Source: Chiloscyllium plagiosum | Taxonomy: Eukaryota | Length of the DNA: 64,000 nt | Assembly (NCBI RefSeq): GCF_004010195.1 | Contig: NC_057717.1 | Coordinates: 103,940,282 to 104,004,281, forward strand | Direction of reading: 5' to 3' | In this document: in pieces, positions 38,458 through 49,641 of the stretch | Position numbering within the stretch: position 1 is the stretch's first letter | How the letters are laid out: each line of letters starts with the position of its first letter | Program-made: the position numbers and the translations under genes | Notes under the pieces: generated by a model | Database searches by the model: none | What the model saw: the letters and a program-made list of their open reading frames with translations, nothing else | Told to the model about the DNA's origin: nothing

Positions 38458-39164
38458 CTGCAGTTCATTCTGGTGAGGCTGCTATGGTGAAGAATCATAT
38501 TATAATTGAGGTGTGGCAAGAAGGGGTAGAAAATATACACAGAAAAGTGCAGCAGAAATTAAAACCATAGTAAGAACTCAAGGCTCTTTATGAAGAGCAC
38601 GGAGGCTACAAATTAGTGTCATTGCTTTCAAAATAGAATTAGAAATCACTCTGCCAAAAATAACCAGAGTCATGGAATTTTAACTGCACAGTAAAAGGCC
38701 CTTTGGCCCATCATTGGCAGCATGGGTCATCAAACATTGATCTATTCTAATGCTATTTCCTAGCATTTGGCCCATAGCTTTGATACTGTGGTGTTTCAGG
38801 TGCTCATCGATATACTTCCTAAATGACTTGAAGGTTCCTGTCTCTTCCACCTTTCAGGCAGTGAGTTCCAGATACCCACCACCCTCTGGGTGAGAATGTT
38901 TCTCATCACCTTCCCTCATAAACCTCCTGGGCCTCACATTTAAAACTGCACCCCAGACCTTGATCCCTCCACTAAAGTAAAATGTTTCTCTTTATCGATG
39001 CTATCTGTGCCCCTCATAACTTTTTACACCTCTATCAATTCCCCCTCAGACTTCTCTGCTCTGAGGAAAATAATCCAGGCCTAGTTTGGAAGTGTCTTTC
39101 ACAAATAAAAATAATTGAACTTCGATTGATTGTTAAAATATAAAGTTGGAGAACAAAAATCTAT

Positions 39165-39728
39165 TGGTTAGGCCACTTTTAGAATACTGCATTCAATTCT
39201 GGCCTCCCTGCTGGAGGAAGGATATTGTGAAACTTGAAAGGATTCAGAAAAGATGTATAAGGATGTTTCGAGGGTTGAGGGGTTTGAGCTACAGGGAGAG
39301 GGTAGAATAGGCTGGGGCTGTTTTCCATGGAATGTCAGAGGCTGAGGGATGACCTTATAGAGGTTTATAAAATCACGAGGGGCATGGTTAAGGTGAATAG
39401 CCAAGGTCTTTTCCCTGGGATAGGGTAGTCCCGAACTAGAGGACATAGGTTTAAGGTGATGGAGAAAAGATTTAAAAGGGGCCCGAGAAGCAACCTTTCC
39501 ACACAGAGGGTGGTACGTGTATGGAATGAGCTGCCAGAGGAAGTGGTGGAGGCTGGTACAGTTGCAACATTTTAAAAGGCATCTGAATGGGTATATGAAT
39601 AGGAAGGGTTTCGAGGGATATGGGATAAGTGTTGGCAAATGGGACTAGATTAATTTTGGATATCTGGTCAGCATGGACAAGTTGGACTGAAGGGTCTGTT
39701 TCCGTGCTGTGCATCTCTATGACTCTGT
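39165..39728 (+). mobile_element. CR1 3' fragment
   Basis: Homologous to 6710-7366. Confidence 0.88.
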
Positions 39729-40079
39729 CATTTGAGGGCCTTTATGAAGTCCCACTTAGACTAGGGAGCCTTGTTGGTTGTTAACAGGGCGATAACAATC
39801 AGCGTTAACCTGCTAACCCATCTGCACCATTTCCTCCTGTGTTATTACAATTAATTATGATTGTCTAAATTTGACATTCTTGTGTTTTGTCCTGATGAGG
39901 TCAAGACCAATATCTTCAGTTTCTCAGTATCACAATATGTATGGACTGGGAATAGAATGTGTTGTTGAGAACCTGGGATGGGAAAGAAGCGACTGGCAGA
40001 ATGGATTGAGATGACTAGCACAGATTCGATGGGCTGAAAGGCCTGATCCCAGCTCGTTATGAAGGCGGTGACATTGCAG

Positions 40080-40849
40080 TTTTTAATCCACCAATCAAAG
40101 ATAAGGGAGGCGGTGGTTACTAGGGCGTGTGATGTCCATCCACCAATCGGATTAGGGCTGTGGGTGGGACTTGTTACGTCTTGAGAATGAGCGAGCTCGA
40201 GCCGCCTGACAATGGGCGGAGGACTGGCGTTGGAATCGTCCATTCGAATTGAAGGGCGATTTGACTGACCGGGCAACAAGCCAATCGCAACGGAAGGTTG
40301 GCATAGAGACGGGTTTGGTCACCCGGACTGGCCAACCATTCAGGATTGGGGGGTGTGACTGAGGGGGACTCCATCAATCAGGATGAAGTGATGCTAATTG
40401 ACAGCAGGCTCAACCGATAGCAATGCAGAAATACAGCAGGATGGACCAATTGGGAAGGGGAACGTTTTGATTGACTGTGAGCTAGACCATTCGGCTAGGA
40501 GTGTGGGCGGTAGGCGGAACCATAATGAAGGGCGGACCCTGTGTTTCTCAACCGTGAAGGGAATGGACCAATTATTGATGGACATTGAGTGAATGACTGT
40601 GAGACGCACCAACCGTGTAAGAGTATTTGCGGAGGGCGGGAACATCATGGAGGCGGATACAAAACACATTGGATCAATCGCGACGGATATTCTACTGAGC
40701 GACTGTGACATAGACCAATCAGAAAGGTCTCTTCAGGGACTGACGGTGAGACGGACCAATCGCCGATGGCACAGGGCGCGGCTTTGGCGAATCCGAGGCG
40801 TGTTCAGTGGTGCCTGGGCGGGGCTGTAGTCGGAGCCGCCTCAGTCGGC
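40080..40849 (+). promoter_or_regulatory. PGLS promoter with CCAAT and GC boxes
   Basis: CCAAT at 40091, 40143, 40281, 40446, 40568, 40715 and 40756; ATTGG at 40449 and 40668; several GGGCGG boxes; no obvious TATA box. Confidence 0.75.
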
Positions 40850-41175
40850 ATGGCCGCCCCTCGGGTTACAGTGTTCCCCTCGGCCCGGGAGCTGGGCCCG
40901 GCGCTGAGCCGCTTCGTGTTGGCCGAGGCCGCCCGGGCGGTGGGTGAGCGCGGCCGCTTCGCCGTGGCGGTGTCCGGGGGCAGCCTGGTGTCGCTGCTGG
41001 CGGCCGAGCTGCCCGAGGCCGGCGCCCGGGAACCCGAGCATCCCGGGGCCGAGTGGAGCCGCTGGATCCTCGGCTTCTGTGACGAGAGGCTGGTCCCGTT
41101 CGAGAGCCCGGACAGTACCTGCGGCCTGTACCGGGTCAGGGGTCAACTGTGGGGTCGGGGGTCAACTGTGGGGTC
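40760..41175. promoter_or_regulatory. CpG island over PGLS exon 1
   Basis: Strong GC and CpG enrichment relative to the CpG-depleted surroundings. Confidence 0.8.
40850..41134 (+). CDS. PGLS: PGLS (6-phosphogluconolactonase) exon 1
   Basis: ggcATGG start. Encodes MAAPRVTVFPSARELGPAL...RFAVAVSGGSL...WILGFCDERLVPFESPDSTCGLYR with the 6PGL motifs SGGS and DERxVP. 285 bp, donor GTCAGG. Confidence 0.95.
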
Positions 41176-41820
41176 NNNNNNNNNNNNNNNNNNNNNNNNN
41201 NNNNNNNNNNNNNNNNNNNNNNNNNNNNNNNNNNNNNNNNNNNNNNNNNNNNNNNNNNNNNNNNNNNNNNNNNNNNNNNNNNNNNNNNNNNNNNNNNNNN
41301 NNNNNNNNNNNNNNNNNNNNNNNNNNNNNNNNNNNNNNNNNNNNNNNNNNNNNNNNNNNNNNNNNNNNNNNNNNNNNNNNNNNNNNNNNNNNNNNNNNNN
41401 NNNNNNNNNNNNNNNNNNNNNNNNNNNNNNNNNNNNNNNNNNNNNNNNNNNNNNNNNNNNNNNNNNNNNNNNNNNNNNNNNNNNNNNNNNNNNNNNNNNN
41501 NNNNNNNNNNNNNNNNNNNNNNNNNNNNNNNNNNNNNNNNNNNNNNNNNNNNNNNNNNNNNNNNNNNNNNNNNNNNNNNNNNNNNNNNNNNNNNNNNNNN
41601 NNNNNNNNNNNNNNNNNNNNNNNNNNNNNNNNNNNNNNNNNNNNNNNNNNNNNNNNCGGGGGTAATGGGTCAGGGAAAATGGGTTGGGCTTTAATGAGGT
41701 CAGAGGAAATGGATCAGTGGATAACTGTGGGGTCAGGGGTAACTGGGGTCTGAGGGCATCTAGGGTCAGGGGGCAACTGTGGGGTCAGAGCAAATGGGTC
41801 AGGGGCCAACTGTGGGGCCA
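41135..41820 (+). repeat. G-rich minisatellite, unit about 19 bp (GGGGTCAACTGTGGGGTCR)
   Basis: Units visible at 41135-41175; degenerate units at 41657-41820. Confidence 0.75.
41176..41656. other. Assembly gap (481 N) in PGLS intron 1
   Basis: N run flanked on both sides by the same G-rich repeat. Confidence 0.98.
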
Positions 41821-43111
41821 CCGCACAGGATGCAGGGTATTTGTGGGTAAAAGTTTCGTTGTGAAGGAGTAAAATGTGGTAATTTCAGGATGACTGGGTA
41901 TTGATGGTGTAATAGTGTCAGGACTGATGGAGATTGCAGGTTTGGAAGGTGCTGCACAGGAAACCTGACTGAATTTCTGCACTGCTTCATGTAGATGGTA
42001 CATGCTGCTGTGTGGTGGTGGTGAAGGGAGTGAGTGTTAGTTGGGGAGCGAGGCTAGTGAAGAGTTCTATCACTTACTGCCTTGTGGATTTTCGGATAAG
42101 CTTTGAGGAGTTAGGACATCAGTTCTTGTTGCAGGATTCCTAGCCTCTGCCTGCTGTTGTCGTCAGAGTAATTATAAAGCTAGTTTCTGGTCAATGGCAA
42201 AGCCCAGGCTGTTGAAAGTGGGAGGTTCAGTGAAGGTAATACCACATGGAATGCCAAGGGGCGATGGTTAGATTCCCTGTTATAGCCTGTTGGTTATAGT
42301 TGGTTATAGCCTGTGCCTGACTATTTATGACACAGATACATTTTACCACAAGTCAGCCCATACCTGGATATTGTCCAATTCTTGCAGCATTTGGACATGA
42401 GTTACTTTAGTGTCTGAGGAGTAATGAATAGTGCTGAGCATTGTGTAATCATTGGCAAACAATCCATTTTGACATTAATTATGTTAATGAAAAGAAAGAC
42501 TCTGGTGTCTATAATGCTTTTCACTACCCCAGGATATCCCAAAGCGTTTTAAAACCACTGTAAAATGTAGTTCTTGTGGTAATGTGGAAAATACAGCACA
42601 GCAAGCTACCGCATGCAGCAGTATGATCATCCGATAATTTTGTTGTTGTGATGTTGATTGAGGGTTAAGCAATGTGGCTAAGTAAGATTTGCGTTAGTAA
42701 TATTAGTGCTGTGGGAAAGACAAGGGTTGGGTAAGAATTTGGGGTAACAGTGGGCTGGCAATGGGGCTGTTGATAGTTGTGGAAAACCTGGGGGGGGTTG
42801 ATTTGAGAGGAGTGGGAGTTTTAATGACACGGTAAGGACCTTTGTGAAAATTAATTCCAAGATACCTACAGGTTTCGATTAGCTTTAGAAGACATCTCGT
42901 ACTGGAGATACCGAAGCAGACAAAGTGTGTGTCTGTTTTCTGCAGCTTGTTTTTCCTGACTGGACAACTACTTTGCGATGCAGTGATGTCGACGCTATGG
43001 ATTCAGTTCCTGTACTGGCTGAGGTTTTAGTGAAGGTCCATCTTGCTCATCCTCGGCCCTTGCTTGAGGTGTGATGGCCCTCTGGTTAAACCACCAACAG
43101 TTTTTTTCTGT

Positions 43112-43435
43112 ATAGAATCCCTACAGTGTGGAAACAGGCCCCTCGGCCCAACAAGTCCACGCTGACCCTCAAGAGTAACCAACTCCAGACCCATTCCCCA
43201 TTATTCTACGTTTCCCCTGACTAATGCACCTAACCTATACATCCCTGGACGCTATGGGCAATTCAGCGTGGCCAATCCACCCTAACCTGCACATCTTTGA
43301 ACTGTGGGAGGAAACCCACACAGACACAGGGAGAATGTGCAAAATCCACACAGACAGTCACTCGAGGCTGGAATTGAACCCAGATTCCTGGTGCTGTGAG
43401 GCAGCAGTGCTAACCACTGAGCCACCATGCCGCCC
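43112..43435 (-). mobile_element. V-SINE
   Basis: Reverse-complement, near full-length copy. Confidence 0.85.
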
Positions 43436-45512
43436 CTCAATTGTATCTCTTTAATGAGAATGCAGCCCTGTGGTCCTCTGGGACTAGGGTGATTTTACTT
43501 GATTCTTCTTTGGAGCAGATCAATAGCTGAACCGAGAGGCTTTATACCCTCCAATGTGAATGTTGCTAAACTGCATCAGGCCTGCTCTAAACAAGAGACT
43601 CTGCTGCTGTTACTACCCGGCATAGGTGTGTTAGAAGAGTTTACAGGTTGATAGTTGACCTATCTGGCGACTTTATGTGCGCACCTTACTTGGCCATGAG
43701 TGATTCTCGGGCATCTTGATCTGCTCTTTATTTTTCTTATCAAGTCTGCTTTGCTCAGTGCTCCCTTATGTATCTTATTACCCCAATCGTGCTTGTTCTA
43801 ATCACTCATCATCGCCTTTGTGAAGATAAGGATAAAAATCACACAACACCAGATTACAGTCCAACTGATTTAGTTGAAAGTACAAGCTTTTGGAGCACTG
43901 CGCCTTTGTCAGGTAGCTAGTGAGGCAGATAGACATATTCATCTGAACTATGCGTTCTTAAATTCCTCGTCATGAGAATTCCCTTCACTTCCTTTCCTCC
44001 TGTCTCCTGATGTGGTTTGGTCCTGCATTATAGACCTTGATTCTTCTCGTTTTGAGTTTTCTTGATCAAACATTTGTAACGGAGGCATTTGTTGTGGTCA
44101 CGTTTTGAACCAGTGACTTTGATTTATAGCGTACGTTTTGCAATCTTGGAATGTCCCAGAGTTCTTTACAGCAAGTGAAATAATTTTGAGATGTAATTAC
44201 TAAATTAATATCGGGAACACAGCTGTCATTTTGTACACCGCAAGCTCCCATAAACAGCAGTGTCACGATGACCAAATAACCAGTTTCATTAATGTAGATT
44301 GAGGAATTTTCCTGTTATAGCACCAAGCAATATAGCTCATGCATGAATCCAGTCATAAGTCAGAGAGATGTACAGCATGGAAACAGACCCTTCAGTCCAA
44401 CCCGTCCATGCCGACCAGATATCCCAACCCAATCTAGTCCCACCTGTGGCTGCACCTTGGAAGGGTCTAGCCAGTGACTTTTCTCTTGCTTTATTTGGTC
44501 AAGTGGGTGACTGGTTTGGAGGCACTTTAATTCAGCAATCAGTTCCTGAAGGTTGCTAACCTCGAAGCTTTCCACTTCCTGATCTGGACTATGCACACTC
44601 ATAAAGTCACTCTATTTGCTATCCTTGGCAAATTCCGATTGTCACCAATCGTAAGTTTGTTTCGATGAGCGAATGGCTTCCCTGCAGCTTGCTCACCCTG
44701 ATTTTTATCCAGGCTCGAGTCATCTCTTTAAGCTCGAAAGAATCATTCCTTTGTTCCAAACTCATCTACCATCTTGAGAAGGCTATCGACATAATCCCAG
44801 AGCAACCCAGCTCACCTCTGTCCTGTCCCCACATTCCGAACAGTTGTAGGCTGGGTTAGTAATCGCTGCAGGTTAGATTTCATGCCATTCATTTCACAAT
44901 CTCACAACATGACTTAAACATGAGGTTGCAGAGATGATAAAGCAGTTTCACAGCAACTCCATCTGGAAAGGGAAGCAGGTGGCTGAATGTTTGAGAATAC
45001 GGAAGAGCCTGCCTTTGGCTATCCTCTAGTTTTGGGTTAGGCCCTCTTCACAATCTCTGTAACCATCCTGTTGACTCTCTCTGCTCACTCCTATTTGTCA
45101 TCTCCAATTGTAATTGCCTGGATCCCAAGCTTAGGGATTCTCTCCCCAAATATCTGTCTGTTGTCAGAACTACGCTACTTGTCTAAGCTTTTGGTCACTT
45201 GGCTTAATGTGTCTGTGTGCAGATCAGTGTCCGATTTTGTTTTTTGATGTTGTTGTGAAGCATCTTTGGGTGTTTTAGTGCAGGTGGCTATGTAAATGTA
45301 GTTAGTTTCAAATTTGTCCATGTTTGACAATAGGTTACAATATTTTTTATGTGCCAAGGTTTTAACAGATAGGGTCTCTAAGTGTTACTTAAGTGGTCAT
45401 CTCAATTGATTGTTTGAGAGCAGAATAATCTTTGCTTTGCTATATTCTAGTCATACATAACTGCAATAATTATATTTCAGTCACGCTTAACTGTCAACAT
45501 TTTCTGTTTCAG

Positions 45513-45620
45513 AAACAACTGCTGTCCAGAATCTCCATTCCTAATAACTATGTGGTTGCGATTAACCCCGCGTTGTCTGTGGAGGAAGCGGCAGACAAAT
45601 ATGCTGAAAGATTAAGAGAG
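45513..45620 (+). CDS. PGLS: PGLS exon 2
   Basis: 108 bp with AG/GT boundaries; KQLLSRISIPNNYVVAINPALSVEEAADKYAERLRE. Confidence 0.93.
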
Positions 45621-46593
45621 GTACGGAACAGCGTTGAAAATACGGTCATGTCCCAGTGATATGGTGTGAGAGCATTGATCAGAAACTCACCGGGACACAA
45701 GGCCAACCGCTCCACTTGGGAGGCTAAGGGAGTGTCAGGGAAGGAAGGGTTCCTGTCTCTGTGTATGTGTGTTTTTGCAAGCACCTTGTCTGTTTCACTG
45801 TATTGCCAACTCTAGAGTGGAAGCAATAACAGTTACAGTGACTCGCGAGGTGAGGAGCTCAGATTATTCTAGAAGCAGGCTGTGCTCGCTTTTTAGAGGT
45901 TTTTGATCAAGTTTATATTGTTTCCACTGACTGGAGGATACAGGTTTAAAATAATTGGCAAAAACACATTGCAAATGATCAGAATCTTATTTCATGCAGT
46001 GAGTTATTATGACGTGGGATGCAATGACTGAAGGGGTGGTGGAGGCAAATTCAATAGCAGATTTTAATTTCACATTTTCAGTTTTATGCTAGAGACAATA
46101 GCTTGTACCTCTGCAGGTACCATTCTGACTTGAAACTATATTGCTGTTTCTTCACTGTCACTAGGTGAAAATCCTGAAAATTCCACACCCCCACCCCCCG
46201 AACCTCCAAAAACAGAGCTACTAAAATGTAGGTGTCCCAACACCAGATTGACTGAAGCAGTTCACAATGCAGCTCATCACCACCATCTCCAGGGCAGTTA
46301 GGGCATGGGTAGGAAGCCCGAAACATTGATTTTCCTGCTCCTCGGATGCTGCCTGACCTGCTGTGCTTTTCCAGCACCACTCTCATCTCCAGCATCTGCA
46401 GTACCCACCTCTGCCGTGTTGGAATTTTACACTTGCTGAATCTGATCCGGCTACAGAATTGGACAGATAGTGAGGAATTTGAGAATCCAGTCCTAAACAC
46501 TGCATATATTTTTACTTTTTCCAAGCTGGTTTCTTATCAGTCTGGACAGGTTCTTCATTCTAATACTGCCTCTTTTCCTTTGTTCTGTTCTAG

Positions 46594-46695
46594 CTGTTTC
46601 CAGGTGATAACCTGCCAGTGTTTGACCTGGTAATCCTGGGGATTGGGCCTGATGGACACACTTGCTCTCTCTTTCCAGATCATCCCCTTCTGCAG
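46594..46695 (+). CDS. PGLS: PGLS exon 3
   Basis: 102 bp; [34 protein letters not shown] contains the catalytic FDLxxLGxGxDGHTxSLFP motif. Confidence 0.96.
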
Positions 46696-46886
46696 GTAAC
46701 TTGAACGTGACTGTATTGAATAGGAATGCAGACAGAAATGGGAAGTGCAAGTGTGTAAGATGACAGACTAAACACTTCATGGTTTTGAAGAAGTTATAGT
46801 TGAGCTGGATCAGTTGGTTGATAAGTAGTTTGGGCTTTGCTCTCTTAGGGAAAATAAACAGAGGTGACCTAGTTCCCACTGTTTAA

Positions 46887-47410
46887 GATCATAGACTCAT
46901 AGAGATGTACAGCACGGAAACAGACCCTTCAGTCCAACTCATCCATACTGAACAGGTATCTTAAATTAATCTAGTCCCATTTGCCAGCACTTGGCCAATA
47001 TCCCTCCAAAACCTTCCTATTGATATACCCATCCAGATGCCTTTTAAATGTTGTAATTGTACCAGCCTCCACCACTTCCTCTGGCAGCTCATTCCATACA
47101 CGTACCACCCTCTGTGTGAAAAAGTTGCCCCTTGGGACCCTTTTATATCTTTCCCCTCTCAACTTAAACCTATGCCCTCTAGTTCTGGACTCCCTGACCC
47201 CAGGGAAAAGACCTTGTCTATTTTACCCTATCCATGCGCCTCATGATTTTATAAACCTCTATAAGGTCACCCCTCAGCCTCCGATGCTCCAGGGAAAACA
47301 GCACCAGCCTCTCCATGTAGCTCAAATCCTCCAACCCTGGCAACATCCTTGTAAATCTTTTCTGAACCCTATCAAGTTTCACAACATCTTTCTGATAGGA
47401 AGGAGACCAA
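46887..47410 (-). mobile_element. CR1 3' fragment
   Basis: Minus-strand WSPSYQKDVVKL...RLRGDLIEVYKI...WNELPEE. Confidence 0.88.
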
Positions 47411-47474
47411 TCCTGAGTGATAGGTGTAATTGTCGAAGTGGAGAGAGGGTGACTTGCTCCAACACAGATCATTG

Positions 47475-47752
47475 GAGGTTTAAGGTGAGAGGGCAAAGAT
47501 ATAAAAGAGACCTACTGGGCAGCTTTTTCACACAGAGAGTGGTATGGGTATGGAATGAGCTGCCAGAGGAAGTGGTGGAGGCTGGTACAATTACAAAGTG
47601 TAAAAGGCATTTGGTTGGGTATATGAATAGGAAGGGTTTTGGAGGGATATGGGCCGGGTGCTGGCAGGTGGGACTAGATTGGGTTGGGATATCTGGTCGA
47701 CATGGACGGGTTGGACTGAAAGGTCTGTTTCCGTGCTGTACATCTCTGACTC
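47475..47752 (+). mobile_element. CR1 3' fragment
   Basis: FKVRGQRYKRDL...WNELPEEVVEAG plus 3' UTR. Confidence 0.88.
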
Positions 47753-48073
47753 TGAGTGCTCACCATCTCTACGTTAAAACAATGCTCCCCCCCACCCCCC
47801 ACCCCCCCCCCCCCCCCCAAACATAATTTAAACATTAGTATTTATTTGGCTGTAAGATGTTTTGGAATGTCCCGAACTGGTGAAAGATGCCATTCAGAGG
47901 AACAGTCCTTTGTTCAGTGGACAAAGGAGAGTAAGTTCATTAGGGGATGGATAAGGATTAACGTGATAAGCTGTATTGAAATGTTTCCAAATGGCACTGA
48001 TAGAGATCTGCTGATTCTAACCCCAGCATTATAATGTCTCCATTGATGTAGTGTCTCCTTCTCTCTGGGACAG

Positions 48074-48214
48074 GAACAAATCAAGATCATTGCTCCAATC
48101 AGTGACTCACCGAAACCACCACCAAAACGTATCACCATGACCCTGCCGTTGCTGAACGCAGCACGTTGTGCTCTGTTTGTGGTAACTGGGGACAGTAAGG
48201 CTGCGGTGTTAAAG
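48074..48214 (+). CDS. PGLS: PGLS exon 4
   Basis: 141 bp; [47 protein letters not shown] (SPKPPPxRxTxT motif); donor GTAAGA. Confidence 0.96.
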
Positions 48215-48928
48215 GTAAGAAGCTGCTTTTAGCAACATAGAGCTCAGTCAGCCCCAAAATTGCATCGGTCAGTTCACACACGTGTATCCTAACTCTCTAT
48301 CCGTTAATCATGAAAACAAGATCCACTCTCTGATTTGACACACTCAATAGGTTTTGTTGTAGAAGAGAGTTCCAGATTTCCACATTCGCTGTGGGAGGGA
48401 TTCCTCACATCACCCCGAACTCTCATTTTGAGGTTTGACTCGTTGTTCGGGACTCTCTTACCAAAATGAATAGTTTCTCTCTCTCCCTGTCTCTGTCTGT
48501 GTCTCCACCCCCCCCCCCCCCCCCCCCCAGTTCAATCCAGTTCGCTCCATTATCTGTGTCCAAGACTACACTAACCTGTACTGTGCATTTTCTTCATCTG
48601 ACTTAAGCATCAGTAACACTGGTGAATTTGCACGACTCCCAGTTCATAGCCAGTGTGTCCTGCCTGAGGTGTGGTACCCAGAACTACTCTAACCAGAGCT
48701 TTACAAAAACAAATGGACTCTCTGCTGGTTTGCATTCTAACTTGGATTGCTTTTTGAGACCTTACGCCCTCAGTATTGCACTACAGTAGCGATTACTGCT
48801 CAATACTAATGTTTAAATTATGTTTAGCAGGTTTCAGTCAACATTGAGAGTGCAGAATGCTTCGATATTCCTGTTTGAAGCGATCTGGGACTTGGTTTCT
48901 CAGTTACTTTCTATTATTGTCTACCTAG

Positions 48929-49063
48929 GACATTCTGGAAGGTCACCATGAGAACCCACTCCCTGCTGCTCGTGTCAGACCAGTGAAAGGTGAAGTGCAC
49001 TGGCTTATTGATGAAGCTGCTGCAAGCAAGTTGACGATTAAGGTGGATCGGCCATCGCTGTAG
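48929..49063 (+). CDS. PGLS: PGLS exon 5 (last coding exon)
   Basis: DILEGHHENPLPAARVRPVKGEVHWLIDEAAASKLTIKVDRPSL, then TAG. Total CDS is 771 bp (256 aa). Confidence 0.94.
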   Translation, partial: DILEGHHENPLPAARVRPVKGEVHWLIDEAAASKLTIKVDRPSL

Positions 49064-49635
49064 ACACCAGCAAAATACTGTGGATGTAGATAACTTGGAA
49101 TTTAAAAAAAGAACAAAGTGCTGGGAATGCTGAGCTGTTTGGGCTGCATCTGTGGAGGGAGACCAGAAGTGTTTCCTGATGAGGACCTTCCATCTTATCT
49201 GCTCCCTGGGTGATTACAAAACTGCTTTGACAAGAGGTCCCTGATCTAAAATATTAATTCCCATCTCCCCCTCCACAGGTGCTACTCGAACTGCTGAGTA
49301 TTTGTCACCTCAGGAGGTGTGAAGGCACCTGATATGCTCAGGCCTACGTTTTTGGTTTAATGATCCCGGATTCCACGCTGTTTTTAAAAAGAACCAACCA
49401 AAAAGTCCTTTTGGGGTTGAAAATATCACTTTGTTAACTTGTAATTCTTCTTCCACATTCCCCACAGACCCTTTCAGAACATTCCAGAAACCATTCTCCC
49501 CTCAGAATCAGGAACCAAAGCTCAATGAAACCATTGGAGTCTTTAGATGGCATACCTCGGGGATATTGATGAGTAAATATGACCCTGATTCTGCAAATTA
49601 CTGAATGAAGACCTTGGGGAAATGTATTTACTGTA

Positions 49636-49641
49636 AATAAA
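49636..49641 (+). terminator. PGLS polyadenylation signal
   Basis: AATAAA about 570 nt after the stop, preceded by TGTA and followed by a T/GT-rich tract. Confidence 0.7.

Noticed and set aside
40766..40849. Upstream in-frame ATG adding 28 aa to PGLS
   Set aside because: It lies 6 nt after a CCAAT box and is probably upstream of the TSS; it has a pyrimidine at -3, and homology begins at the ATG at 40850.
49052..49063. PGLS C-terminal -PSL as a peroxisomal PTS1
   Set aside because: Does not fit the canonical (S/A/C)(K/R/H)L consensus; no other support.
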